A DNA stretch of 56,246 bases, taken from Octopus bimaculoides. Lineage: Eukaryota. The position numbers and the translations under genes were made by a program. Positions 25,975 to 38,032 of the stretch are shown here, one piece after another. The notes under the pieces are model-generated. The model ran no database searches, was not told the origin of the DNA, and saw only the letters and a list, made by a program, of their open reading frames with translations. The DNA lies in contig NC_068994.1 of the NCBI RefSeq assembly GCF_001194135.2, forward strand, positions 22,809,907-22,866,152, given 5' to 3'. Each line of letters opens with the position of its first letter. Position 1 is the stretch's first letter.

Positions 25975-27041
25975 TTGACTGCTGAGGACATGTTGACTGC
26001 TGAGGACATGTTGACTGCTGAGGACATGCGTAAGCTTGCAAGGAATGAAGCCAGTATGCTCCGATGGATGAGTAATGACAGTGTGCATACCCGACAGAGT
26101 GTAAGTATCTTGAGAGAAAAGTTGAACCTAAGAAGTATCAGTTGCGGAGTGCAAGAGAGACGATTGCGCTGGTATGGACATGTGGCGAGAATGAATGAGG
26201 ATAGCTGTGTGAAAAAGTGCCACACCCTAGCGGTTGAGGGAACTCGTGGAAGAGGTAGGCCCAGGAAGACCTGGGATGAGGTGGTGAAGCACAACCTCCG
26301 AACATTAGGCCTCACCAAGGCAATGACTTGTGACCGAGACCTTTGGAAATATGCTGTGCGTGNNNNNNNNNNNNNNNNNNNNNNNNNNNNNNNNNNNNNN
26401 NNNNNNNNNNNNNNNNNNNNNNNNNNNNNNNNNNNNNNNNNNNNNNNNNNNNNNNNNNNNNNNNNNNNNNNNNNNNNNNNNNNNNNNNNNNNNNNNNNNN
26501 NNNNNNNNNNNNNNNNNNNNNNNNNNNNNNNNNNNNNNNNNNNNNNNNNNNNNNNNNNNNNNNGCTTGCGAAGACCTGTTGGGGCGAACGAAAGCGAAAT
26601 TGTGATGGCATCTGTACCAGTGGAGCACTAAGAGCGTGATCATTGCCAGAGCAGCTGTCTGGCTTCCGTGCCGGTGGCACATAAATAGCACCATTTGAGC
26701 GTGATTGTTACCAACGTTGCCTTCCTGGCACTTGTGCCAGTGGCACGTGAAAAGACATCTGAGCAAGATCGTTGCCAGTACCTGTGCAGGTGGCATGTAA
26801 AATACACCATTTCGAGCGTGGCCATTGCCAGTACCTCCTGACTGGCCTTAGTGCCGGTGGCACGTAAAAGCACCCACTACACTCTCGGAGTGGTTGGCGT
26901 TAGGAAGGACATCCAGCTGTAGAAACTCTGCCAAATCAGATTGGAGCGTGGTGTAGCCATCTGGTTCACCAGTCCTCAGTCAAATTGTCCAACCCATGCT
27001 AGCATGGAAAGCGGATGTTAAACGATGATGATGATGATGAT
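25975..27041 (+). mobile_element. 5'-truncated RTE LINE with long 3'UTR and (GAT)n tail
   Basis: RNEASMLRWM...RRLRWYGHVARMNEDSCVKK...GRPRKTW; same family as 387-1209. Confidence 0.92.
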
Positions 27042-27318
27042 ATACATACACACTCACACATGCGCATCCAAGTACATGGGCATATAAATACAACTAGATG
27101 CACGCGCATACACACACATATGGATGAATATATACATATATGTATAGGAAAACATGTATGCAGGTACACACATGTATATATACACAAATACACGTACATA
27201 GCATAGATAAATATGTGCATAGATTTGTATGTAAAGCAAGATACACACGTTCGTGCAAAGCTTGACACACACACACGGGTTAATACACTCGCATAAAGTA
27301 AATATATATACGTGTATG

Positions 27319-27358
<40 letters not shown>

Positions 27359-28874
27359 AAAAGGTTGAATTATATTTCATTCCTTACTTTGGAGGGTTCC
27401 AAAAAGGCGATTTCTAACAAAGATTCTTCATATTTTGCTGGTAGCTTACTGGCATAAGTTTTTGCGAATATGAAAATATTACTTGCATATGGCGTGTTAT
27501 GAGAATTTTATGGAATGGTATCCCAAAAAACTCAACAAATTTGTTAAAAATGGAGAAGAGAAGATGTTGAAATTTGAAAGAATTTTAATACATGCATACA
27601 ATCATTTCAAACAGTGATATTAACATGTAAATTCATGGTAGAATAATTAAATTAATTTAGTTAAATTAAATAAATTACATATCATCATTTCTTTCCCATT
27701 TCTAACAAAACTGTCCGATGAACGGGAACGTGAAACTCCGAGTAACAGCTTTTTGTTATATTTCTGCTGCTTTTAAATAAAAATATATACACATATATAT
27801 AGATACATATATATAGACATACACATATATATATATAGTGGACTTAAAAAATACTAGACCACCACCTGAAACCCCAGCATGCAAGAAACAACAGGTAAAC
27901 AACATTATTTTGGAAGAGACTTCCCTGTTTTCCAAAAAGCTAAAAGTAGGAGTGTGTAGCTTTTGAAAGTGGTGAGGTGATGGGTAAAATTCGTACTGTT
28001 TTTTCTCTATGTATTACTAAGAATAAAAATTTGAAAAACGTAAAAAGTGAATTTGGTGTGGAGTGGGAGAAAATTAAAATACTGAGAATGTATTTTGTGG
28101 GTGAAATCCTAATCTTCTGTATCGCAAACATAGGAATCAGAAGAAATTTAGGGAAAAAATTAGGGGGTGGGGTGACAGAAATGTCACGGAGGACATGCTA
28201 GAAAGAAGAGATAAAGGACAGGATTTCTGGGAAAACTTTTTTTCAAGTGTACATCGAAGATCAGGGTTTTAAATATGCTCATCATAAACACAAATTACAC
28301 AATAGAAAAAGATCATTTGAATTGGATTTGAGCTGTAAATTTGCGCGTGCACATTGCAAGAAATAACATAATTTGTACAGAAGTTTTACCTAGAGTGTGT
28401 GTATGTGTGTCAAAGGAAATTATTTTATGGCATTTTTTTGTTTGAAGAAGCAATGTTGTCAACTTGACATATATGGGATCATATGATTGTTTGTTAATTT
28501 CTGTAAAACTGTTTTAATTTCTGTATGCTTTGAAGAGAGCAGAAATTGAAAGAGAGGATAAAGTGAAAAGGCGACATTTGCTTTGAAGTGAGGAGAAAGT
28601 GTAAGATGTACGTGTATATGAAATGGACATGTATGAGAGAGTGAGTGAAGGTGTGTGTTGTGATGTATGAATGTTTTTGCATGTATGTATAAGTGGCACT
28701 CACTCGCTCTCTCTCTCTCACACACACACACACATTATCTTTCATACACACATGCATAGCAGAGGTAAAGAATATGCACACCACCTGTTTTCAGTGTATC
28801 CGTAGCCCTAAACACTGACAGTGCGTATTCTTTACCTTTGCCCATAAATACGTATGCATACATCTTTTCTGTGC

Positions 28875-28876
<2 letters not shown>

Positions 28877-28919
<43 letters not shown>

Positions 28920-28925
28920 TGTGTT
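28877..28925. repeat. (GA)n microsatellite
   Basis: Direct inspection. Confidence 0.95.
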
Positions 28926-31146
28926 TGTGATTGTATTTCCTCATAACATATAGAAAAATGGATGTCTTTTAATGCAATTTTTTAGGTTGTGGTCTATCTT
29001 AATACAATATTTATGTGTACATTTTCATAACTGTTTGTCTGAGTAGAATTCTACGCATGTGTGAAACGTCGGTTGAAAGTGAAACATTAGAAGCAAATTG
29101 AAATATTGTCTGAATATGACCTGAAAATTGTGCAACTCAACCTAATTGCTGAGGTTATTTTAGTTGTAAAAAAGCATTGTTGAGTCAAAAACATAGTTTA
29201 TTTGGTAGATAGATAATAAGCAGCTTTCTTTATTATAATATACATATGTGACTAATTCGGAGAAACATTAATTTCATTATTTACACATGGTCACTCTCGT
29301 AATGCAATACTTTGCAATTTTGGTTCAAATTAAGTGTGAAACTATTTTCATTTTCTAATGAAACCTGGTTGTTGTAGAGAAGTGTATTTGAAATAACTAT
29401 AGCTGGTTGCTGAGATAATGTAGAAAATAAGTAAATGAAAATAAAGTTTATTTGACATGTGTAATTGATTTGATTATTCTGATCTTAACATCGTTTAGTA
29501 AAAATAGAAGTCATTTGACGACACCTTTTTGTTTGTAATTGGCTATCCTGTTGCAGGTTCAATCTGTGGAATATTGAAATGATACCCATCTTGTCCATTC
29601 CACAGAATAAGAGTATACCAGAGAGCATGATAAGAAGGATAAGGTTATCTTGAACGTTTAAGGTTATCTTGAACATGAATGAGAATATCATGATTTTCAT
29701 GGGGATTACCAACCATATGGCTGGCTACTTCATTAGGTGTGGGCTCATTAAAACAGTGTAAAATGTTCTTTACTATAGTTTACTACAGACGTAAGGAATA
29801 CAGAAACACACTCACAGAATTGATAATACTGAAAACAGCAAAATGTACACACACAAAGTTCAAGTGAAACAAAATGTAGTCAATATGGGTGCAAAACATA
29901 CTTTCTGTAGTATAGTTATGCTATAAAAAAATGGAAAGTCACCAATTTAGCAAAAGTTAGTATGCATCACCAATGTAAGAAGATACAGAAAGTCAACATT
30001 TATTTGGAACATGTATTAAATGTTATAAAATTCACAACTAAATGAATGTCATGGTGATGAAAGTGGAAGTACAAGAAAATTCAGAAGGCATAATTCAAAT
30101 TTTCATACAAAAATAATTTATTTTACAATTTTGAAACAAATGCTGAACCAAGTGTATAGAAAGGAAGATGCTGTTGTTGTGAATGCTAATTTAAAATATT
30201 TGCTGAAGGATTTATGTAGCAAGATATAAATTGATTTGACATTACTACATATTTTTTAACTGAGTAACGTTATAGGCTGTAGAATAAATNNNNNNNNNNA
30301 TATAAATTGATTTGACATTACTACATATTTTTTAACTGAGTAACGTTATAGGCTGTAGAATAAATACTGACTAACACAGTAAAAAGGTTGTGCAACGTTG
30401 AGACTTACAGTGATGAAGAAGCCTGGGAAGACTGTTAAAAATTATCTTGAAACTGGTTAGAAGGAGTGGAATAACATTTCTGTAATTATATTGAAAGAGC
30501 CACTGAGGCTTTCTACTTCACCATGGTTCCGAATTTGTTATAATAACCAGAATAACATTTCTTTACAGATATATCTGCAAGTATTGTGAATGGTGTTAAA
30601 TCAGCCAAATCTTCATGTTGGCAGTACTTCAAAGTGAATGCTGTTGTTCATTTAAATTCCAGGCCACAACTAAATTTTTGATATTGGCACATTTCACTAT
30701 TGGGCAGGAGAAAGTTACATACATAAATTAAGACACACACACATACATTAATGCACACCTGATGCCTATTTCTGTCCCTGTGTATATCAGTCGTCTCAAA
30801 AATATATGTATACTGACAGACACATAGACACATACACCGTCACACACATATACTTGTCAGTCATCGGCCTAACAAAGGTAACAAATGTGTGAACACACTC
30901 ATATAGAAAATTTGATGTCATTGTTGTTGTGGTGGTGATATAAAATGTCGTTTATGATAGGTGACTAAGAGAAAAATGACAATATTAAACATGTGAATGA
31001 AAATATAGTTTAGATGGTAGCCAAAGGCCTACTGAATCTTTTGATACCCCATACGTCAAAATTAGCAACTCAGTTTTGGAATGCATAAGAAACATACACA
31101 CACACATACATAAACTCTCATTTATATATATGTAAGATATACATAC

Positions 31147-31216
31147 ATATCTGATGATGGACTCAATTTACAATCATTATTTTGGACCACCAAGCACCCA
31201 GAAACAGCTGTTGGAC
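31147..31216 (+). ncRNA. Degenerate hammerhead-like motif
   Basis: CTGATGA-TGG...CCA-GAAA-C-AGCT-GTT with palindromic AACAGCTGTT; stem I pairs poorly. Confidence 0.4.
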
Positions 31217-31398
31217 TTGTAAAACTCTCATTCAACCCCTTTAGTTCCTGATATCATTTCTTTTCTGTGTAAGCCGAACCTTTTCACATGTAAACATATG
31301 TACATTTTTTGTATTAAATGTATTTAATATTTTTTGTATACTTACTTGCCTAACTTGCTTGTCCTTATAGTTACTCCTATATTATATATATATATATA

Positions 31399-31559
31399 TC
31401 ATCATCATCATCATCATCATCGTTTAACGTCCGCTTTCCATGCTAGCATGGGTTGGACGATTTGACTGAGGACTGGTGAAACCGGATGGCAACACCAGGC
31501 TCCAGTCTGATTTGGCAGAGTTTCTACAGCTGGATGCCCTTCCTAACGCCAACCACTCA
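31399..31559 (-). mobile_element. RTE-family 3' tail (short insertion)
   Basis: Reverse complement of 1050-1209, with (ATC)n on the plus strand. Confidence 0.9.
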
Positions 31560-31561
31560 TA

Positions 31562-32390
31562 TACAGTGTGCAGTGAATATAGTCGCCTAAATTACGCAAA
31601 AATAAAAATAACACTGATGTCTCATTTTAACAGATATATTTACCAAAATTACATAAAAATATCTTGAAATACTAATGACTAAATTTATTCAATAAAATCA
31701 CCATTGGCTTCACCCACAGCCTCCAGACAACTCCAGAATCTCTTGCAACTCATCCGGATGGTCTCCTTGTCTAAGTTGGTGAATGCTGCCATAATCCTTG
31801 CCTTTGGTTCATCTTTGGTATAACAAGGAATTTTGTTGGTCTTTTGCTTAACTGCGCTCCACACATAATAATCAGGGGGGTTGCAGTCTGAGGAGTTAGG
31901 TGGCCAGATGATAAGGGTGATGTGGCTGTAGAAATTGTCTGACAGCCATGACTGGGTTCTCCTGCTTGTGTGGCAAGGTGCAGAGTCCTGTTGCTAGACA
32001 TAGGGTCTTCCAGCAGCCACCCTCTTGACCCAGGGCAGTACTATCTCCTCCAGGCACTTGATGTAAGCCTCTGTGTTGAGATGAAAGGAGGTATAATGTT
32101 ACCATCACTAGTGATCACTCCAAACACAATGATGTTGACTGGATGTTTGAGTTTTATCACTGTCCTCAGATTGACACCTAAACACTCTGAAATATTCATA
32201 TTGGAGCTTCTGGTACAAATGCCAAGCAGTACAAATTTCTGGCAGAGTGAATTGTGTCATGGTGCTGTTTTTCTCACAGACGGTGCCTAACTGACCCTAC
32301 TATACTGTGAAATTGACAAAATCAAAACAATGTGCATGTGCAAAATTAATAATATAAAAAATGTCAACAATTTACCCATCACATGGAGTT
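31562..32390 (-). mobile_element. DD37D (maT-like) Tc1/mariner transposon fragment
   Basis: QQDSAPCHT...WPPNSSDCNPPDYYVW has 37 residues between the second and third Asp, plus an internal stop. Ends are approximate. Confidence 0.8.
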
Positions 32391-32479
32391 GGGACTGCCT
32401 TATATACAAATAAATACGATAAATGCACATGCAGAGAAAAATCAAAATGTCCTTTAATGAATCTCTGTATGAGTACAAT

Positions 32480-33345
32480 CTTGTATATAAATGTACCGTG
32501 CACACAAGGGGAGAGCCCTACGTTTACATTGGGCAGATGACTGATTCATTTAAGAATCATTATCATAACCATGTTGCCAGCTTTAAAACAATCAATAAGA
32601 GACATTCAACATCTTTGGCAGATTTTGTATGGTGACTAAAGGAGGATAAAACGAAGTACAGCATTAATTGGTCCATAGTAAGGTATGCAAAACCATACAA
32701 TATAATTTCCAGGAGATGCCGTCTCTGCTCCAAGAAATCCCTGTCTATTCAGTGGATTAACGAGAAGATAATTAATAGAATTTCTGAATGAATATCGAGA
32801 TGCCTACATGCATATAAATGAACTTTCGCACAATGCAGTGAGAATTTTGAGTACCATTAACTTAATTTAATTTACTTTAAGGTATGGATGACTTAAGATT
32901 ACTTTTAACCTCCCCATTCTTATAAACACCAAGTAGATAACTAACTCGCTTTGTGATTATGAGTGCACCAAACCTCACGTGTGCGTATGCTCACATTTCT
33001 GCGGATGCTTGTATGAGTGAGTGTGCTTGCCTGAGGGCGTTTATACATCCATATCTGTTAATGGATATTTTTAATACTTTTCTCACCGTTCATTTCTCTT
33101 TTTGCCTTCTGTGATTTTATTTTTGATCTTCTATATAAATGAAGATATTTTCTCTGTCTGGCTGCTTTTCTCTCTACAAAATGGAAAGTTACATTGCGGA
33201 ACAGTCATTTTAACGAGTTGTATTTATTTATCACCCGATAAGATATATCTGCACCACTAGATGCTTCTGAACCAGTTCTTGAATGTCCCACGCAAGAGAA
33301 ATTGATGCTAGATGTGTCGAAACAATTGTCATGATTAACAATAAA
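32480..33345 (+). mobile_element. Penelope-like element 3' fragment (GIY-YIG, 3'UTR, decayed family-A hammerhead)
   Basis: PYVYIGQMTDSFKNHYHNHVASFK...INWSIVRYAKPYN...RCRLC, followed by GATGTGTC-GAAACAATTGTC-ATGAT at about 33310-33335. Confidence 0.85.
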
Positions 33346-33347
33346 TT

Positions 33348-33750
33348 TACATTATTTACATTCGACGGATATTTGTCCTCATCTTGTTTGTTGTTAACAC
33401 AACGTTTTGGCTGATATACCCTCCAGCCTTCTTCAGGTGTCTTGGGGAAATTTCAAACCTGGGTTCTCATACCTAAGGTATTTTTCGATGTTATTATTAT
33501 TATTATTATTATCATCATCATTATTCAGGTCATTACTTGGAATCAAACTTGGAATCTTGGGGTTAGTAGCCCACGCTCTTAACCATTACGCCATATAATA
33601 ATAATAATAACATCGAAAAATACCTTAGGAATGAGAACCCAGGATCGAAATTTCCCCAAGACACCTGAAGAAGGCTGGAGGGTATATCAGCCGAAACATG
33701 TTAACAACAAACAAGATGAGGACAAATATCCGTCAAATGTAAATAATGTA
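33348..33750. mobile_element. Fold-back element: two ~160-bp inverted arms, each with a hammerhead motif, enclosing a tRNA-like head
   Basis: Arms at 33348-33508 and 33595-33750 are reverse complements. The spacer reads TGGCGTAATGG (A-box-like) ... AAGTTTGATTCC (degenerate B-box) on the minus strand. Confidence 0.85.
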
Positions 33751-33815
33751 CATAATTCCTCATCTCTGAAATATAGAACTGTAACAATAAATTCTCGTAT
33801 ATTCCATCTTATTTG

Positions 33816-33860
<45 letters not shown>

Positions 33861-33914
33861 TACACATGAACTCGCTGGCCTTGTGCTAAAATTTGAAACC
33901 TTTATTATTATCAT

Positions 33915-34110
33915 AAATTTTAAGGCAGTAAACTAGCAGAGTCATTAGTGCATTGGACAAAATGCTTAGTAGCATTTCTTGCGAATCATTACATTCTGAG
34001 TTCAAGATCTACCAATGCTGACATTTCATCCTTTCAGGGTTGAGAAAAGCAGTAACAGTTGAGCATTGAAGTCACTGTAAGCAACTGAGCCCTTCCCCAT
34101 AAAACTAACC
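33915..34110 (+). mobile_element. SINE (MetaSINE-like family), decayed
   Basis: Homologous to 54421-54650. Confidence 0.6.
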
Positions 34111-34554
34111 ATTATGTTTATTGATTCTACTAAACTAAAACACTTGAGTTGTCTTCCTGCTAGAGACGTAAACAAGAACGCTCTTATGCACCAAAAGTCA
34201 ATATGAGAGTTTCTTTCATGGTAATTATTGCTATATGCTGTGTTCTAACACAACATCCACTTTTAAGTGGGGATAAATATTACCTTTTGGTATTAATACT
34301 GCTTTTGTCACTAATACTTTCCTGAAAATTCCCCAAAATAAGAAAATTATGAACAGTTATATGGGATGCTTAAACCCAAATTCTGCCAAAACAGATTTGT
34401 GTTGAAGTTGAATATATTATAAAAGTGTTTTTTAAGTTTTACTAAATCAAAAACTTTTCATAAAAATATGGAAAATAAGTTTATTATGCTGAATTATGAA
34501 TTAAGTTGCTTCATGTCAATATTTTTCTCTTGATTTTCTTTTATCTTTACCTTT

Positions 34555-34835
34555 ATGTTTTCTTTTTTATGTGTTTCAATATTGGAGCACCGCCTTGAAA
34601 GGTTTAATTGAACAAATTGATACCAGTACTTTTTAAAAACCTGGTACTTGGTCGTCAAGTGGTGCACACACACACACACACACATGATGTACTTCTTTCA
34701 GTTTCTGTCTACTAAATCCATTCACAAGGCTTGGTCAGCTCAGGTCTATACTAAAAGACGCTTGTCAAAGGTGTCATGCAGTGGGACTGAACCTGAAAGC
34801 ACATGGTCAGGAAGCAAGATTCTTACCACAGTCAT
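34555..34835 (-). mobile_element. tRNA-headed SINE
   Basis: Same head and body as 2140-2483. Confidence 0.75.
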
Positions 34836-36759
34836 GCCTAAGCATAATTAATGTCCTGTAGAATTTATTGCCTCACATGACATGAAGAAAACAGATTGAA
34901 AAAATGAACAAAACATTTTTTTAATTGCATATATCTAAACAGAAGGTTACTGATGTTCACTTTAGTTCTTAAAAGTAAAACTTGTAGATTCCTGATACAA
35001 TAACATTCAGTCTTTGAAATTTGAGTTGTAACTTATTTGGTGCCACTTTATGTGTAATCTACCTGGCCATTCACAATTTAGTGTGCAGTATAACCTTAAA
35101 CCTAACTCTAATCCCTAATCCAGGTCTAATCCTAATCCAGATCAGGTCACTTCACAGCATAAATTGTGGATACTGCTGTAGACTGCATGCTAAATAAGCA
35201 CTATTTATCCATTATAATACAAATTAAGTGAAATAGGCTAAATTGCGGTCTATCAGAATGATGTGGTAATCCAGTGGAAAGTTTCATAGAAAAAAAAAGA
35301 AAGAAAGATTGATACATTAAAATACATAGTCTATGGTGTTTAGTTCTATACTGTAAGGAAGAAACAGAGAGTGAGTTTAACACTTCAGACAGTGGTACTT
35401 AGATAGGAAAGGAGAAGAAAAAGATTTTTTGAAAGAGAAAGGAATTGTTGTCAGGAAAGAGAGTGGGGTAGGAGAAAAGAGCTATAGGTGAACCAAGATA
35501 ATAGGGTGGTATAGTTTGAACATGTGTTGGCATGTGAGTAATGGATGGGATTGGGTGAGGAATATGCAAGAGTTGTGGGTGTGTGATGGGGTGATTTTTG
35601 GTGTATGTGTTGTGTGATTGGTGATACTTTGTAGATGAAAGTGTGTTTGTATGTATGTTGCTAGAGGAAAGAGAGTTTGCTTAAGCTATGTAGGTGTGCC
35701 ATAATGACATGGAAGATTAGACATTGTTTGCAATGTAACTGGAATACAGGAAAATTTTGGTGTAAGGCAAGAACAGAGAAGTGTGATTAGGAAGGCTGAA
35801 TTGATAAGCCACAGGTGATCCAGTGTTGCTGTGTCAGATTCTCAAATGTCATTCTCAAGTCTTTAACCAGTCTCTTTGTTCCTTCCTTCTTTCCTGTCTT
35901 TTTTGGAGCTTCAAATTCTGATAGACACACAGTCATAAGGCAATATCATTGTATATGACATGTCTTAAGCATTTAAACCTTGCAAAACCCATCCCTCTTC
36001 AGGTCTGATCTACAAAAATGAAATAGAACATAAACACTTACACGTACACACACACATACATGTATTTCATGTAACATTAAGAAGCGGTACACAGTACCAG
36101 AGTTTTTGACAAGTCAAATATGGAAAACTACACCATATCATTGTTAGAGTATATGCATAAGTGGAGTCTGGACCGGCTAGTTTGCACTGGCATCAAGTCA
36201 TAAAAGTTGTAATAAGGAAAGGAAGTGCGTAATAATGAAGCCAAACCAAATAGTGATATTTTGAAATCACTTAACACATATGTTTCAGGTCTATGTAATA
36301 TATGATAGGAAGTGCATCTATTACATAAGATTTACCTCAGTTAAACCATTTCAAAATATGAATCAATTGATGAAAATATTCCAATATACATGGTTAGAGC
36401 AATAAGTCAGCTACGAAGCTAGGAGAATTAATATGTATAGAGGAGAAAGAAAGGAGATAGAAAGAGAGAGGGGAGAGAGACGACAAATGGAGAGATGTAT
36501 AAAGTGAGGTAGTGGGGAAGATATATGAGTGAATAATGTTGAAAAGAAATGGGATGGTTGTATCTGTGTTTGCATACGAAATCTGAGAAAGAGGACAAAG
36601 AGTAGAGAACTGAAAATGTCATGAATTTGGCAGAGAGGGTGAGTAGGAAATGAACCAGGTGTCAAGGTTTGACTAAGAGTTTTAGTGGTGAATAAAATTG
36701 GTAGCATTTGGCCTTGAATGTATTAGTGGTGTCAAGGCACCTTGAACTAAATGATAATA

Positions 36760-36975
36760 ATAATCTTTCTACTATAGGCACAAGGCCTGAAATTGTGAGG
36801 AAGGGGGATAGTTGATTACATTGACCCCAATGTGTAACTGGTACTTAATTTATTGACCCCGAAAGGATGAAAGGCAAAGTCAACCTTGGCGGAATTTGAA
36901 CTCTGAACATAGTGACAGGCGAAATATCGCTAAGCATTTCGTCCAGCGTGCTAACGATTCTGCCAGCTTGCCACG
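36760..36975 (-). mobile_element. SINE with MetaSINE-like central domain
   Basis: rc ...gttgactttgcctttcatcctttcggggtcaataaattaagtaccag... resembles the Meta/Sauria-type central domain. Confidence 0.75.
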
Positions 36976-37091
36976 ATACCAGTAGTATACACATAGATAT
37001 TCACACCCATATATTTATCTCTGTGTCTGTCTGTATATGTATATATGCATAGTTATTAGAGACAGAAGCAGTATTAATGCCAAAAGGTAAT

Positions 37092-37416
37092 ATTTATCCC
37101 CACTTAAAAGTGGATGTTGTGTTAGAACACAGCATACTGTGATTGTTACGAGAGATACTCTCATATTGGCTTTTGGTGCATATAAGTGCTGTTATTTATA
37201 TCTTCCAGCATCTGAGTGTCTACCAATGACAAGACCAGGGAAGGTCAAAATCACATGATCTGGTAGTCTTGGTGGTGACAATGGTTAGGAGTTGTCTCCC
37301 ACTAGAGATGTAAAGAGAGCTTATATGCACAAAAGCCAATACGAGAGTTTTTCTCATGGTAATTATTGCAATATGCTGTGTTCTAACACAACATCCACTT
37401 TTAAGTGGGGATAAAT
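37092..37416. repeat. ~95-bp inverted repeat pair around a ~133-bp spacer; third copy at ~34165-34280
   Basis: Arms 37092-37186 and 37320-37416 are near-identical reverse complements. Confidence 0.85.
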
Positions 37417-37686
37417 GGGATATTACATTTAGGTGGGCGTAAATATATACACACATACATATGCATATTAGCCTACCTGCCTGGCCAGCAGGGTGGCATC
37501 ATTTGAAAACTACAGCAATGTGAGAATGTGCATTGTAATCAGTGCTGTGTAACAACATCTGATAGTCTGGTTGATACAGTAATATGTATGCAGACATATA
37601 TAAGTATATAGACATGCTGATATACACATATGTATATGTGTATGCATGTGTGTATATATACGTATATATATATATATATATATATA

Positions 37687-37812
37687 CAGTAATGCCTTGA
37701 TATAGGAGTTAACTTGTTCCCGGAGAATGCTCATAAAGCAAAAACTTGTAAACAGAAAATATAACTTGTAAAAATTCATAAACCTGGGGTCTCATAAAGT
37801 AAGGTATTACTG
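37687..37812. mobile_element. 126-bp Tigger-type MITE
   Basis: TIRs CAGTAATGCCTTG / rc CAGTAATACCTTA, flanked by TA. Confidence 0.75.
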
Positions 37813-38032
37813 TATATATATATATATATATATNNNNNNNNNNNNNNNNNNNNNNNNNNNNNNNNNNNNNNNNNNNNNNNNNNNNNNNNNNNNNNNNNNN
37901 NNNNNNNNNNNNNNNNNNNTATAATACTCCATTCAGAACTCACACGGCCTCAAATACTTCAGGAAAATTCTTTTAGGCTTTAGATCAAAATTTTCTCTGT
38001 TCTAGCAGATGCAATAAGTGATTTTATAGACA

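Noticed and set aside
30226-30366. Exact ~65-bp tandem duplication
   Set aside because: The copies flank a 10-N gap, so this is a contig-overlap assembly artefact.
35979-36009. Strong minus-strand acceptor (ttctatttcatttttgtag|AT)
   Set aside because: In the gene's phase it hits TGA after three codons and the donor is weak; unsupported without RNA data.
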